From a virus, in IMG/VR virus record IMGVR_UViG_3300010384_000002: a stretch of DNA of 64,000 bases. One strand, 5' to 3'. A program made the translations under genes and the position numbers. The notes under the pieces were generated by a model. The model saw only the letters and a list, made by a program, of their open reading frames with translations, was not told the origin of the DNA and made no database searches. Below are positions 36,486 through 44,702 of this stretch, piece by piece (position 1 is the first letter of the stretch; every line of letters begins with the position of its first letter).

Positions 36486-36863
36486 ATGAAAAAAATGACC
36501 CATGCCGAATTCATGGACGAACTGCGTGCGCAGGGCGTCGAGCGCGATCACATGGCCGTGGTCTGCCCCATGTGCGGCACCGTGCAAAGCCCCACGTCGC
36601 TGATCCGCGCCGGCGCTGGCGCCGACTTCGAGGCGGTGGGCCGCTATGTCGGGTTCTCCTGCGTTGGGCGCTGGCGCGAGCCGCGCTTGAGCCCGGCCGA
36701 GGCCAAGGCGCTGGGCGAGCCCTGCAACTGGACCCTTGGCGGCCTGCTCCAGACCCACACCATGGAAGTCGTCACCGATGACGGCCGCTCGCACCCGCAT
36801 TTCGAGCCAGCCACACCCGAGCAAGCCCAGGCGCTGCGCGCCAAGCACGCGGAGACGGTATGA
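36486..36863 (+). CDS. VVA0879-family-like protein
   Basis: MKKMTHAEFMDELRAQGVERDHMAVVCPMCGTVQSPTSLIRAG... resembles the conserved VVA0879 family as I recall it. AGGA SD. Confidence 0.55.
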   Translation: MKKMTHAEFMDELRAQGVERDHMAVVCPMCGTVQSPTSLIRAGAGADFEAVGRYVGFSCVGRWREPRLSPAEAKALGEPCNWTLGGLLQTHTMEVVTDDGRSHPHFEPATPEQAQALRAKHAETV

Positions 36864-37180
36864 CCCAGTTTTACAACTACACGGCCCGGCTCAAGACCCG
36901 CAAGCAGATCGATGTCGAAATCCCGCGTCACCTGCAGGGCTGGTGGGCGGACGTCTGCCCCGGCAAGGTGCTGGAAAACCTGCGTGACGCGACGGCCGCC
37001 GATCTGGCGCGCTGCAACCTGAACGAGCTGGCGTCGCGCGACCCGGCCGATTACCTGTGCGAGGACATCGAGCGCGGGGCGCTGATCAGCCGCGAGGCGA
37101 TCCTGTGGCTGCGCATCAAGGTGCCCACGGCGTTCACCGGCGCCCACAAGCTAGCGGAAATGCTTGCGTCTGACGCTTAG
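36860..37180 (+). CDS. Hypothetical protein
   Basis: 106-aa ORF with an ATGA overlap. Its 3' end carries the second cassette promoter. Confidence 0.55.
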   Translation: MTQFYNYTARLKTRKQIDVEIPRHLQGWWADVCPGKVLENLRDATAADLARCNLNELASRDPADYLCEDIERGALISREAILWLRIKVPTAFTGAHKLAEMLASDA

Positions 37181-37192
37181 CGTTAGTATAGT
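37164..37192 (+). promoter_or_regulatory. Sigma70-like promoter with palindromic operator (cassette promoter 2)
   Basis: TTGCGT-N17-TATAGT. The spacer holds ACGCTTAGCGT (37173-37183). It is nearly identical to the promoter at 35722. Confidence 0.65.
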
Positions 37193-37225
37193 CAAGCTAA
37201 TTCATATTAAGTTCATATTTTAATC

Positions 37226-37924
37226 ATGGGAAAAACGGATGATGCAGTATGCCCGCTTGAGGTGGTTGGGCACGTCGACGTGCCGGCCGCCGTGCTGGAG
37301 CATCGGTTTGTGCGCGAGGCGCTGGCGTGCGTGCGCGTGCTCAAGGAGCGTCGCGACGAGGAGGGCGCCCAGGGCAACGAGGTGGTGGGCACGGAAAACA
37401 CCGGCGAGGTCGAGCTGTATGGCTGGGCCGACAACGTGCCGAACCACGTCGACAACAAGGGGTTCATCTACTTCGTGGCGCTGAACCCAGGCAAGACCAT
37501 GGTCGAATGCATCCGAGGCGAGGAGACGCACGGCGTGATGCTCGCGCAGGGCGCCGTGGTGCGCCTGAACGATTACTGGGAGCACTGGACCATCGATACC
37601 GAGTCGCGCGTGTGCGCGTTCATCGGCAGCTTCGACGAGCCCTGTGAAGAATGGGCGATCAACAGGCTCACGGCCGCCATCGAGGCGCTGGACAATGGCG
37701 ACTACTACGGCGCGCCGCGCGTGGGCAAAGGGTTCCGCGTGTATGGCGACGACGAGTGTCTGGTGCCGTCCGGGCCGGACATGGACGTGCGCCCGATGCT
37801 GCTGGCCGACGCGAAGGCGCAAGGCCTCGATTACGTGCAGTGCAGCCACTGCGACAAGCCGGCTGCAATCATGGATCATCACTGGCCGTACGATACGGAT
37901 TGCAGGTGCTATGGCCACCGTTGA
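37226..37924 (+). CDS. Hypothetical protein with HxD...H pattern and Cys-rich C-terminus
   Basis: 232 aa with PNHVDNKG...EHWTIDTESR and a C-terminal CSHCDKPAAIMDHHWPYDTDCRCYGH. No SD. It has an AT-rich leader. Confidence 0.55.
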   Translation: MGKTDDAVCPLEVVGHVDVPAAVLEHRFVREALACVRVLKERRDEEGAQGNEVVGTENTGEVELYGWADNVPNHVDNKGFIYFVALNPGKTMVECIRGEETHGVMLAQGAVVRLNDYWEHWTIDTESRVCAFIGSFDEPCEEWAINRLTAAIEALDNGDYYGAPRVGKGFRVYGDDECLVPSGPDMDVRPMLLADAKAQGLDYVQCSHCDKPAAIMDHHWPYDTDCRCYGHR

Positions 37925-38006
37925 TTTTATGCAATTCTTTGGTGCAACTAACGCAAAACGTAAGGTCCCCTGCTACAATGCCGCCATCGGATTACAAGGA
38001 CAGGCC

Positions 38007-38258
38007 ATGACGGCAGAAGAAACTCGCGAAAACGACAACGACGGCTTCCCCACGAAAGAGGAAGTGGCGGAAGCACGGCGTATCGCCGGCGTCAGCCAAG
38101 AGCGCGCGGCGCAGTTGGTGGGTCTGACGTCTCATACCCGTTGGAGCGAATACGAGCGCGGCGTCCGCCGCATGGACCCGATGCGGTTCGAGATGTTCAA
38201 GATCAAGACCGGCCAGCATCCCGACTACGTGCCCCGTGGTCAGGCCATCACCTCTTAG
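38007..38258 (+). CDS. XRE/Cro-type HTH regulator
   Basis: MTAEETREND...AGVSQERAAQLVGLTSHTRWSEYERGVRRMDPMRFEMFKIKTG. AAGGA SD 6 nt upstream. The track ORF from 37644 is over-extended. Confidence 0.75.
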   Translation: MTAEETRENDNDGFPTKEEVAEARRIAGVSQERAAQLVGLTSHTRWSEYERGVRRMDPMRFEMFKIKTGQHPDYVPRGQAITS

Positions 38259-40929
38259 GCATCCAGAAAAAGCACGCCACGTCGCGAGCGCGCACCCTTA
38301 GCTCGCGCTCCAGGCAGTACTCCGCATCCGGGTCGAAGTTCTCGCACCCGCCGCAGGTCCCCATCTCCTCCACCATCTGCTGCTGTTCCGCGATCGCCTT
38401 GACCACCGGGCTGTTCGCCACCGCGCCGGCATTGGCCGTCGCCGTTGCCGGCTTGCTCTCCTCGGGGAACAGGAACATGGTCACGCCGTGCGCGCGCGCC
38501 CAGGCCACGTTCAGCAGCATGTAGGCGTACGAAAAGTGCGGGTCGATGCCGACCTTGACCACGCGCCGCGTGTATTTCTTTTCCTCGTCGTCCTTCTCGA
38601 CCACCAGGGCGGTGCGCGTGAAGTGCATGAACACGCGGTCCTTGAGCAGTGCGATGCGCACGCGCTCGCCCTTCGTGCCCTTTTCCAGCACCTCCTGATG
38701 CAGGCCGTCCGGGTTCGGGAACACCGTCACCTTGTTCTGGATGCGCTTCATGGCGACCTGCATGCACTTGTACTGGTCGAGCATGACGCTGTAGCGGTCT
38801 CGATCCTCCTCGTCGGTTTTTCTTTCGGCGTTCGACAGCGCGGCATCACCCCACCGCATCATGTCGTCGTCAATTTTTTGATAGCCGGCCAGGAACACCT
38901 TGCCGGGGTGACGGTTGGCGAAGCGCTTGGCGTCGTTGTAGTTCGGCAGTGTCTCGACCACGCAAACAGAGATGCCGTACTGCTCCATGAGCTCGTCGCA
39001 CCGATCGAACGGGCTGGCTTCCGGGTTTTCCGGCGTGGGCTGCGTCAGGATCTCCTCGACGTGCACGATGCCCAGGTGGCCCGTGGGCATGCGAATACCG
39101 ATGATGGCGACGTTGTACCCGCCCATCTGGTCGATGCCCATGTAGGCGCCGCTCGCGCGCGCCATCCATTGCAGGCCCAGGCGCATGCCCTCGGCCGCGC
39201 AGGCGTTAAGCATTTCGAGGTTCACCGGCACCTGTGACGGGTCGGTGTACGGCTTGCCCAGCACGCGGTTCCAGAAGTTCTTGAGGTCGTCCGCGTTGTG
39301 GTACTTGGTGATGATGTTGCGCGCGCTGATCGTGGGCGACAGGAATTGCGGGAAGTGCAGCGACACCGGCAGGATCGTGCCGTCCGCATCGACCCAGCGC
39401 TGCACCTCGATGGTGTTCTTCTTGTCGGTCGCGATCGTGACCCACTGGAGCGTGCCACGATGCGCGCGCCATTCGCCAATTTGCGGATCGTCGATCCAGC
39501 CATCGCAGCTCTTGCACACGTAGCGGTATTCCCGCGTGTCGTCGTCGTACCGGATGCAGGCAGGGAAGTACGAGTCGAGCGCGTGGTGTTCGCCGCAGTT
39601 CGGGCACAGCGTCCAGAACTGGTGCATCGTGCCCTGCTTGTACAGCCAGTCGATATCCTCGTCCGGCCAGTTCGCGGTCGACCCAGCCAGGGTGAACTTG
39701 ATGCGCGAGCCCGAGAGACGTTCTTTCGTCTTCTCGATCTGCTCCTTCGTCATCTCCTGCACCTCGTCCAGGGACAGGACGTCCAGCGGGATCGATTCGG
39801 TGGCGCCCTTGCCCGAGGTCCACATGAAGTGAAAGCGCGAGCGGCCCATGACGCGCACCAGCACATTGCCCTCGCCCTTGCTGGCGCCGGTGACAGCGTC
39901 GGTGGTGAGCAGCTGGTGGGCGGCCGGGATGGTGCGCAGGATCGGCATGAAGCGAATGGAGGACTTCACGCCGGCGAGGTTCATGTCCGGCAGGTACATG
40001 CCGATCTTGCACGGCATGAACTTGATGGCCATGTAGATCATGGCCAGCATCTCCATGACGGTGAACCCGACCTGCGTGCACTTCATCATCACCACGATGC
40101 GCTCGAACGCTTCCTCGATCGTTCCGGGGATCTGGTCGTACACGAACCACATGGCCGGCCGGTTATCGAGCTCGAACGGCATGTCGTCCACTTGCAGGCC
40201 GCTGGCGGCCAGGCGCAAGCACCAGTCGCGGAACGACTCGTCGGGCCCGATGATGGCCTGTTCGTCGGTGAGCTCGATGCCGTCGACGAAGGCGCCGCAC
40301 CGTTCCTGCTGGAAGGCCTCGGGCTTCATCCGCGCGCGATCGCGCTCCAGGGCCTCCATGTCAGCGTGCGGGTTCTCCTCCGTGGCCATGTGGAACACGG
40401 CGCTGTCCCGATCATCGTCGGCCATCCGGGCCATGCGCGCGAAGTCGTTGAACATGCCGGCCGGCTTGCCGAAGAACCACGCGCGGCCACGGTATCGGGT
40501 CAGCAGCGGTTCGATCGCGTTGGCCCAGGCGTCGGCCAGCTGCTCGATGTGCGGCGCGTCGTCGACGACGACCAGGGCGAACTGGTCCCACAGCCGGAAC
40601 GGCTTGTCCATGGCCACCAGCTGGATGACGCCGCCGCCGGTGCGCAGCACGATGCGATCGCGGTCCATGCGGCTCTGCGCGGAAATCAGCGGCTCGATCA
40701 TGCCGTAGATGCGGCGCTTGACCGCGTCGACCTCGTTTTCGGAGGGCAGCAGGATGGCGACGGGGAAGCCCCGGATGGCGCCGAACTTGGACGCCAGGGC
40801 GATGTCGATGGCCAGGGTCGTCTTGCCCGAGTCAATGCCGCCGGCCACGACGTTGAAGCGCGCCGGCGACGCGGCAATCCGCGCCTGCAGGGGAGTGAGC
40901 TTGGGGAGCTTGATGCGGAGTTCAGCCAC
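38248..40929 (-). CDS. Terminase large subunit: N-terminal Terminase_6-like ATPase fused to a complete GpA-type terminase
   Basis: The first module has Walker A GGIDSGKT, Walker B LVVVDD and ...FQQERCGAFVD. It is followed by the KCTQVGFT P-loop, a CPNCGEHH...CKSCDG zinc ribbon and a nuclease region typical of lambda gpA-like terminases. The proposed start is GTG 40929 (GAGG SD). ATG 41076 would need ~49 low-GC3 codons that contain regulatory motifs. Confidence 0.75.
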   Translation of the reverse strand: MAELRIKLPKLTPLQARIAASPARFNVVAGGIDSGKTTLAIDIALASKFGAIRGFPVAILLPSENEVDAVKRRIYGMIEPLISAQSRMDRDRIVLRTGGGVIQLVAMDKPFRLWDQFALVVVDDAPHIEQLADAWANAIEPLLTRYRGRAWFFGKPAGMFNDFARMARMADDDRDSAVFHMATEENPHADMEALERDRARMKPEAFQQERCGAFVDGIELTDEQAIIGPDESFRDWCLRLAASGLQVDDMPFELDNRPAMWFVYDQIPGTIEEAFERIVVMMKCTQVGFTVMEMLAMIYMAIKFMPCKIGMYLPDMNLAGVKSSIRFMPILRTIPAAHQLLTTDAVTGASKGEGNVLVRVMGRSRFHFMWTSGKGATESIPLDVLSLDEVQEMTKEQIEKTKERLSGSRIKFTLAGSTANWPDEDIDWLYKQGTMHQFWTLCPNCGEHHALDSYFPACIRYDDDTREYRYVCKSCDGWIDDPQIGEWRAHRGTLQWVTIATDKKNTIEVQRWVDADGTILPVSLHFPQFLSPTISARNIITKYHNADDLKNFWNRVLGKPYTDPSQVPVNLEMLNACAAEGMRLGLQWMARASGAYMGIDQMGGYNVAIIGIRMPTGHLGIVHVEEILTQPTPENPEASPFDRCDELMEQYGISVCVVETLPNYNDAKRFANRHPGKVFLAGYQKIDDDMMRWGDAALSNAERKTDEEDRDRYSVMLDQYKCMQVAMKRIQNKVTVFPNPDGLHQEVLEKGTKGERVRIALLKDRVFMHFTRTALVVEKDDEEKKYTRRVVKVGIDPHFSYAYMLLNVAWARAHGVTMFLFPEESKPATATANAGAVANSPVVKAIAEQQQMVEEMGTCGGCENFDPDAEYCLERELRVRARDVACFFWMPKR

Positions 40930-40958
40930 TGGGTGCCTCTGGTAGATCGAGGCACCCA
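40930..40958 (-). promoter_or_regulatory. 10-bp perfect hairpin abutting terminase GTG 40929
   Basis: TGGGTGCCTC-N9-GAGGCACCCA then GTG. The GAGG SD lies in the 3' arm. Confidence 0.7.
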
Positions 40959-41109
40959 GTGTTGCGTCACGACTCTGATTATCAGAGGGAAGTGGCCGAA
41001 CGGACGCTGCAGGGCGGGGCTCGGACCAACTGGGCGAATTTGCGAAATGCCCCTGATTATCACGGACATTTTGCATCTAACCGACGTAACGCCTCCTCTC
41101 CCCTATAAA

Positions 41110-41137
41110 CCCCGGCCACCAGTAACGGTGGCCGGGG
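41110..41137 (-). terminator. Terminator-like hairpin upstream of the terminase leader
   Basis: 11-bp stem CCCCGGCCACC/GGTGGCCGGGG with a 6-nt loop. The minus-sense tail is TTTATAGG, a weak U-tract. Confidence 0.55.
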
Positions 41138-41236
41138 CATGGGAGCAGGCACAACGTGGCGCTCATACGGCGCGGCAACACCGTTCGCTTCGTTGCAAAT
41201 CTAGCATGCCATAAGAGGCATTATCCGCTCAAACCA

Positions 41237-41252
41237 CTGTATGAATATACAG
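41237..41252. promoter_or_regulatory. LexA (SOS) box
   Basis: CTGTATGAATATACAG matches the consensus CTGT-N8-ACAG and lies within ACTGTATGAATATACAGTA. Confidence 0.75.
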
Positions 41253-41315
41253 TACTTCCATTGTATGAGGCAAGGTTTACTGTGATAATCACGGCAATGT
41301 TGACTTGCATCAAAT

Positions 41316-41507
41316 TCAGGCGACGTCGGCATCGTCCAGGTCGATGATCAGCACCGGGAACGCCTTCGCCAGAAGGACCTCGCCGGATTCCTCGATCGCG
41401 GTCTGCCGGTCATCCCACGTTTGCAGGCATTCGGCATCCGGGCCGCTGCCGCCGATGGTGATGGGGATGATATGCGGGCCGCGCTGGATCACTGCAATGA
41501 AGGCCAT
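41316..41507 (-). CDS. Hypothetical small protein
   Basis: MAFIAVIQRGPHIIPITIGGSGPDAECLQTWDDRQ... ATG 41507 is in an ATGA overlap. Confidence 0.5.
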   Translation of the reverse strand: MAFIAVIQRGPHIIPITIGGSGPDAECLQTWDDRQTAIEESGEVLLAKAFPVLIIDLDDADVA

Positions 41508-42361
41508 CACTCGCCCCCGCTCTCGGGCGCGCAGGCGCCGCACGGGCCGCCGTTGAACATCTGGCTGCCGCCGCAGTGTTCGCACACAGGGTCCTGATCC
41601 ACGTAACCAGGGGCGCGCGGCATGCCGTCAACCTGCTCCAACAGGTCGGCGGCCAGCTCCGGATGCGTGTCGGCGCACGCGGCCGCATAGGCGTGAATCG
41701 CCGGGATCGCGTAGGGATCATGGTTCAGGTCCAGCACGAAGTTGAGACAGCCGTGGTGCTTCCCGCCCGGCAGATCGCTGCCGTCGACGCGGTACACGAG
41801 GAACTTGTGGAACAGGCCTTGCTCCTCGGCCGGCCTGTCCAGATCGCGCTCCTGCAACTGGAACGCCTTGTCGTCCACCCGATCCTCATGGATGGCCAAC
41901 GCGACGTTGTGCGCCTCGACGAAGGCCTTGCGCTCGTCCTCGGCGCCGACCACGCGCGCCGCATTGGCTTGGCCGCGCAGCCACGCCAACAGCCGCGACA
42001 TACGGCCCTTGCATGCGCCGGCCAAGCCCGCCCACCGGCCGGATTGTTCGACGCACTGCGCCAGCTGCTGCTCCAGCTCGGCCACGCGATCGCCGGCGGC
42101 GGCGAGATCCAGGCGCGCATGCACGTGCACGGCCGAGACGAACGCCGACAGCATCTCACGCGCGTCGGTTGCGTTGACGCCGTGCAGGTAGCCGCGCAGG
42201 CCGGTGGCGCGTGCAATCTCCAGCAGCTGGACCGGGTCAGGGGCGTGATCGGCGGGCAGCTTGGCCAGGGCTTCCAGCACGTCCTCGACGTTCTCCAGGC
42301 TGGTGCGAGTGAGGCCCTTGGCCGACATCGCGGCCATTACTTTGCGGGTGGTTTCATTCAT
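41507..42361 (-). CDS. Hypothetical protein
   Basis: 284-aa ORF with a Cys-rich C-terminus (CEHCGGSQMFNGGPCGAC). Confidence 0.6.
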   Translation of the reverse strand: MNETTRKVMAAMSAKGLTRTSLENVEDVLEALAKLPADHAPDPVQLLEIARATGLRGYLHGVNATDAREMLSAFVSAVHVHARLDLAAAGDRVAELEQQLAQCVEQSGRWAGLAGACKGRMSRLLAWLRGQANAARVVGAEDERKAFVEAHNVALAIHEDRVDDKAFQLQERDLDRPAEEQGLFHKFLVYRVDGSDLPGGKHHGCLNFVLDLNHDPYAIPAIHAYAAACADTHPELAADLLEQVDGMPRAPGYVDQDPVCEHCGGSQMFNGGPCGACAPESGGE

Positions 42362-42373
42362 GGTTGCTCCCTC

Positions 42374-42895
42374 TTATGCCGAGACAGACAGACCGGCGCC
42401 GAGCAGCGCCGCGCGAGTGATTTCGTCAACGCGATCGTCTTGGCTGGCGATTTCTACGAAATCGTCACTGCGCATCGTGTTGTAGCTCCAGGCCGACCAC
42501 GCGCGGGTGCAATCGTAGGCACAACCACCGATCGCATGCGCGACTTGCGCGGTCGCGGCATCGAACTGGTCCTGCGTGATCTGCGTGACGGTGGCCAGCC
42601 GGGCCAGCTCGGCACCCATGTCGCCGGCCAACTGGATGGCCTGCGGCCCCGTCGGGGCGACTTCGGCGCGCAGCATGCCCGCCTCTCGGGCACCCTGTGC
42701 GATCGCGGTCAGCAGCTGGTCGCGCTGGTGCGCCTGCTCGCGGTTCGCGTTGACCAGCTCCACATAATGGCCCAAGGCCTTGGTGACGGCGCGCAGGGCG
42801 ATGGTGTGCCCCAGCTCGCCGGGCTTGAGGATATTCAAGCCGTTGACCTCGGCCAGGATCGCGGCCGCCTGTTCTTCAATCGTGGTTTCGCTCAT
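42374..42895 (-). CDS. Hypothetical protein
   Basis: 173-aa ORF. Confidence 0.55.
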   Translation of the reverse strand: MSETTIEEQAAAILAEVNGLNILKPGELGHTIALRAVTKALGHYVELVNANREQAHQRDQLLTAIAQGAREAGMLRAEVAPTGPQAIQLAGDMGAELARLATVTQITQDQFDAATAQVAHAIGGCAYDCTRAWSAWSYNTMRSDDFVEIASQDDRVDEITRAALLGAGLSVSA

Positions 42896-43299
42896 TTTTT
42901 GTTCAGCTCCTTTTTTGCGTTGTTGATGGCGGCGTCGATGCGCACCGCGTCGCGTTTGTTGGGAACGCCCGAACGGGCCGACTGGCGCAGCTGGCGGGCC
43001 ACATGCTCCAGCTCGGTGAGCGCTTCCGTCAGGCGGTGCACGCGGCGCGCCAGCACGGTGGCGTCCAGCTGCTCCAGCTTGGAGATTTCAGCGCGCAGAT
43101 CCTTGGTGATGCCCTTGTCGAGCGCCGCGTGCGCGGCCATGCCGTGGGAACGTCCTTCCCTGAACCAGTACTTGGCGATCGCGCGCGCCGGCTTGTTGCC
43201 CGGCAACGTGCGCGCCCATACCATCTCGAATTCGGCCGCCACTACCTCACGTGAGTTGATGTCGGTAGCGTCCATAGGCGTGACGTTGACCGGCTCCAT
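42892..43299 (-). CDS. Hypothetical protein
   Basis: The real start is MEPVNVTPMDATD at ATG 43299 (ATGA overlap). Confidence 0.55.
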   Translation of the reverse strand: MEPVNVTPMDATDINSREVVAAEFEMVWARTLPGNKPARAIAKYWFREGRSHGMAAHAALDKGITKDLRAEISKLEQLDATVLARRVHRLTEALTELEHVARQLRQSARSGVPNKRDAVRIDAAINNAKKELNKK

Positions 43300-43586
43300 C
43301 ACGCGCCCTTGTAGCGCCACACCTCGGCGCGCGCGAACCCGCACGGTACGCGCTCGCCGGTGTCCTCGAACAGGCCCGTGGCCAGGGCTGGCTCGCGCAG
43401 CACCTCGTTTTCCTCCCACATCTTGACGTGGACATGGCCCGGTGCCAGCGGCTGGTCGTGCACGTTGATGGTCAGCTTGGCGAACCGGCCGCCGTCGATC
43501 ACGATGGCCACGCGCCCATTGTCGTAATAGCCCTCGTGCAGATCGCGCACCTGTGCGCCGATGGTGATGGTTCCTACTTTTTTCAT
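43299..43586 (-). CDS. Hypothetical protein
   Basis: The real start is MKKVGTITIGAQVRDLHEGYY at ATG 43586. Confidence 0.5.
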   Translation of the reverse strand: MKKVGTITIGAQVRDLHEGYYDNGRVAIVIDGGRFAKLTINVHDQPLAPGHVHVKMWEENEVLREPALATGLFEDTGERVPCGFARAEVWRYKGA

Positions 43587-43599
43587 ATGACTTTCATCC

Positions 43600-44340
43600 T
43601 TAAAAAATACGCATTTGCAGGCCCTGCTCGCTTTCATCCACGAGCTTGTCCGCCTTGAGGACGTAGTCCCGCACGATGTGCTCGTTGTCCATCAGGCCGT
43701 GCGTGATCGGCGTTTGCCAGCGGTGGTTGATCTTCTGACGCTCGCCCACGAACTCGACCTTGATGTGTAGCGTGCCTTCCGCCGGCGTGCGCACGCGCTT
43801 CGCTTCGGCGTGGTCGACGTCCTGCAGCAGGGTGATCTGGTCGGTGACAGCGCCCATCGGTTCGCGGCGCACGAGCATGTCGCCGGCCTTGAACTGACGG
43901 CCCAGCGTGCGCAGGTACACGCCCAGCTGGCCGCGCTGCTCGCCTATCCCGCCGCTCGTCGCGCGCACGCGGGCATACGCTTCCAGGAAGCGGGCCGTGC
44001 GCAGGAGCGCCACGTAGACGTCCGCCACCGCACGATACAGCGCGCCGCCGGCGATGAACACCTCGTTGAAGGCCTTGCCCTCGAACTGGGCCACATCGAG
44101 GCCCTTGGCGATCAGCTCGCGCTGACGCTCCTCCGTCATGGGCTGCTCGTAGCTCTCGACCAGGGCGTCGGCGTGCACCAGGCCGTGCTTGGCCGAGATG
44201 ATGTACACGTCGGGCTGATTCTCGGCCGGCATCCACTTGCGCAGCACGTCGAACATGACACCCTGATACAGGTCGATCGCGCGGTGCGTGCCCGCCAGCT
44301 TGCGCCCGGAACAGGCAATCAGCAGCAGCGGGCGCGTCAC
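43600..44340 (-). CDS. DUF6884-like protein
   Basis: The N-terminus MTRPLLLIACSGRKLAGTHRAIDLYQGVMF resembles the DUF6884 family as I recall it. Confidence 0.5.
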   Translation of the reverse strand: MTRPLLLIACSGRKLAGTHRAIDLYQGVMFDVLRKWMPAENQPDVYIISAKHGLVHADALVESYEQPMTEERQRELIAKGLDVAQFEGKAFNEVFIAGGALYRAVADVYVALLRTARFLEAYARVRATSGGIGEQRGQLGVYLRTLGRQFKAGDMLVRREPMGAVTDQITLLQDVDHAEAKRVRTPAEGTLHIKVEFVGERQKINHRWQTPITHGLMDNEHIVRDYVLKADKLVDESEQGLQMRIF

Positions 44341-44702
44341 GTCGACACCTTTTTAAGCATGCGCAGGCGCACGACAGCGCCGGCCACCACCGCGATGAGC
44401 AACACGGCTTTGCGATCGCCATCGACGGGCACGGGCTCGCGGTAGCAGACCCAGCCGTCAGAATCGACCACCTCGAACACTGGCCCGGTGGGCGTCTGCA
44501 CCTCGCGCGGCCACACGCCCACCTCAAGCATGAGGTTCAGGTTGTCGGCCACGTCGCGCGCCGGGCGCGGCAGCCACCGCTTATTGCCGTCCGGCTCGCG
44601 CACCCACACAGTGCCGCTCGATCCGACGAACGCCACCTCATGGCCCTGCGCCTCGGCCAGCTGCTTTTCCAGCTCGACGGCGCGCTGGTGCATGGTGCTC
44701 AT
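44337..44702 (-). CDS. Hypothetical protein
   Basis: 121-aa ORF with coupled stops and starts. Confidence 0.55.
   Translation of the reverse strand: MSTMHQRAVELEKQLAEAQGHEVAFVGSSGTVWVREPDGNKRWLPRPARDVADNLNLMLEVGVWPREVQTPTGPVFEVVDSDGWVCYREPVPVDGDRKAVLLIAVVAGAVVRLRMLKKVST

Noticed and set aside
41156-41556. Plus-strand ORFs 41156..41347 and 41305..41556, and a 31-codon minus-strand ORF, as the SOS-controlled gene.
   Set aside because: They have junk-like composition and no SD. They overlap the terminator hairpin or are antisense to a supported gene. None is convincing, so the SOS-box target is left open.
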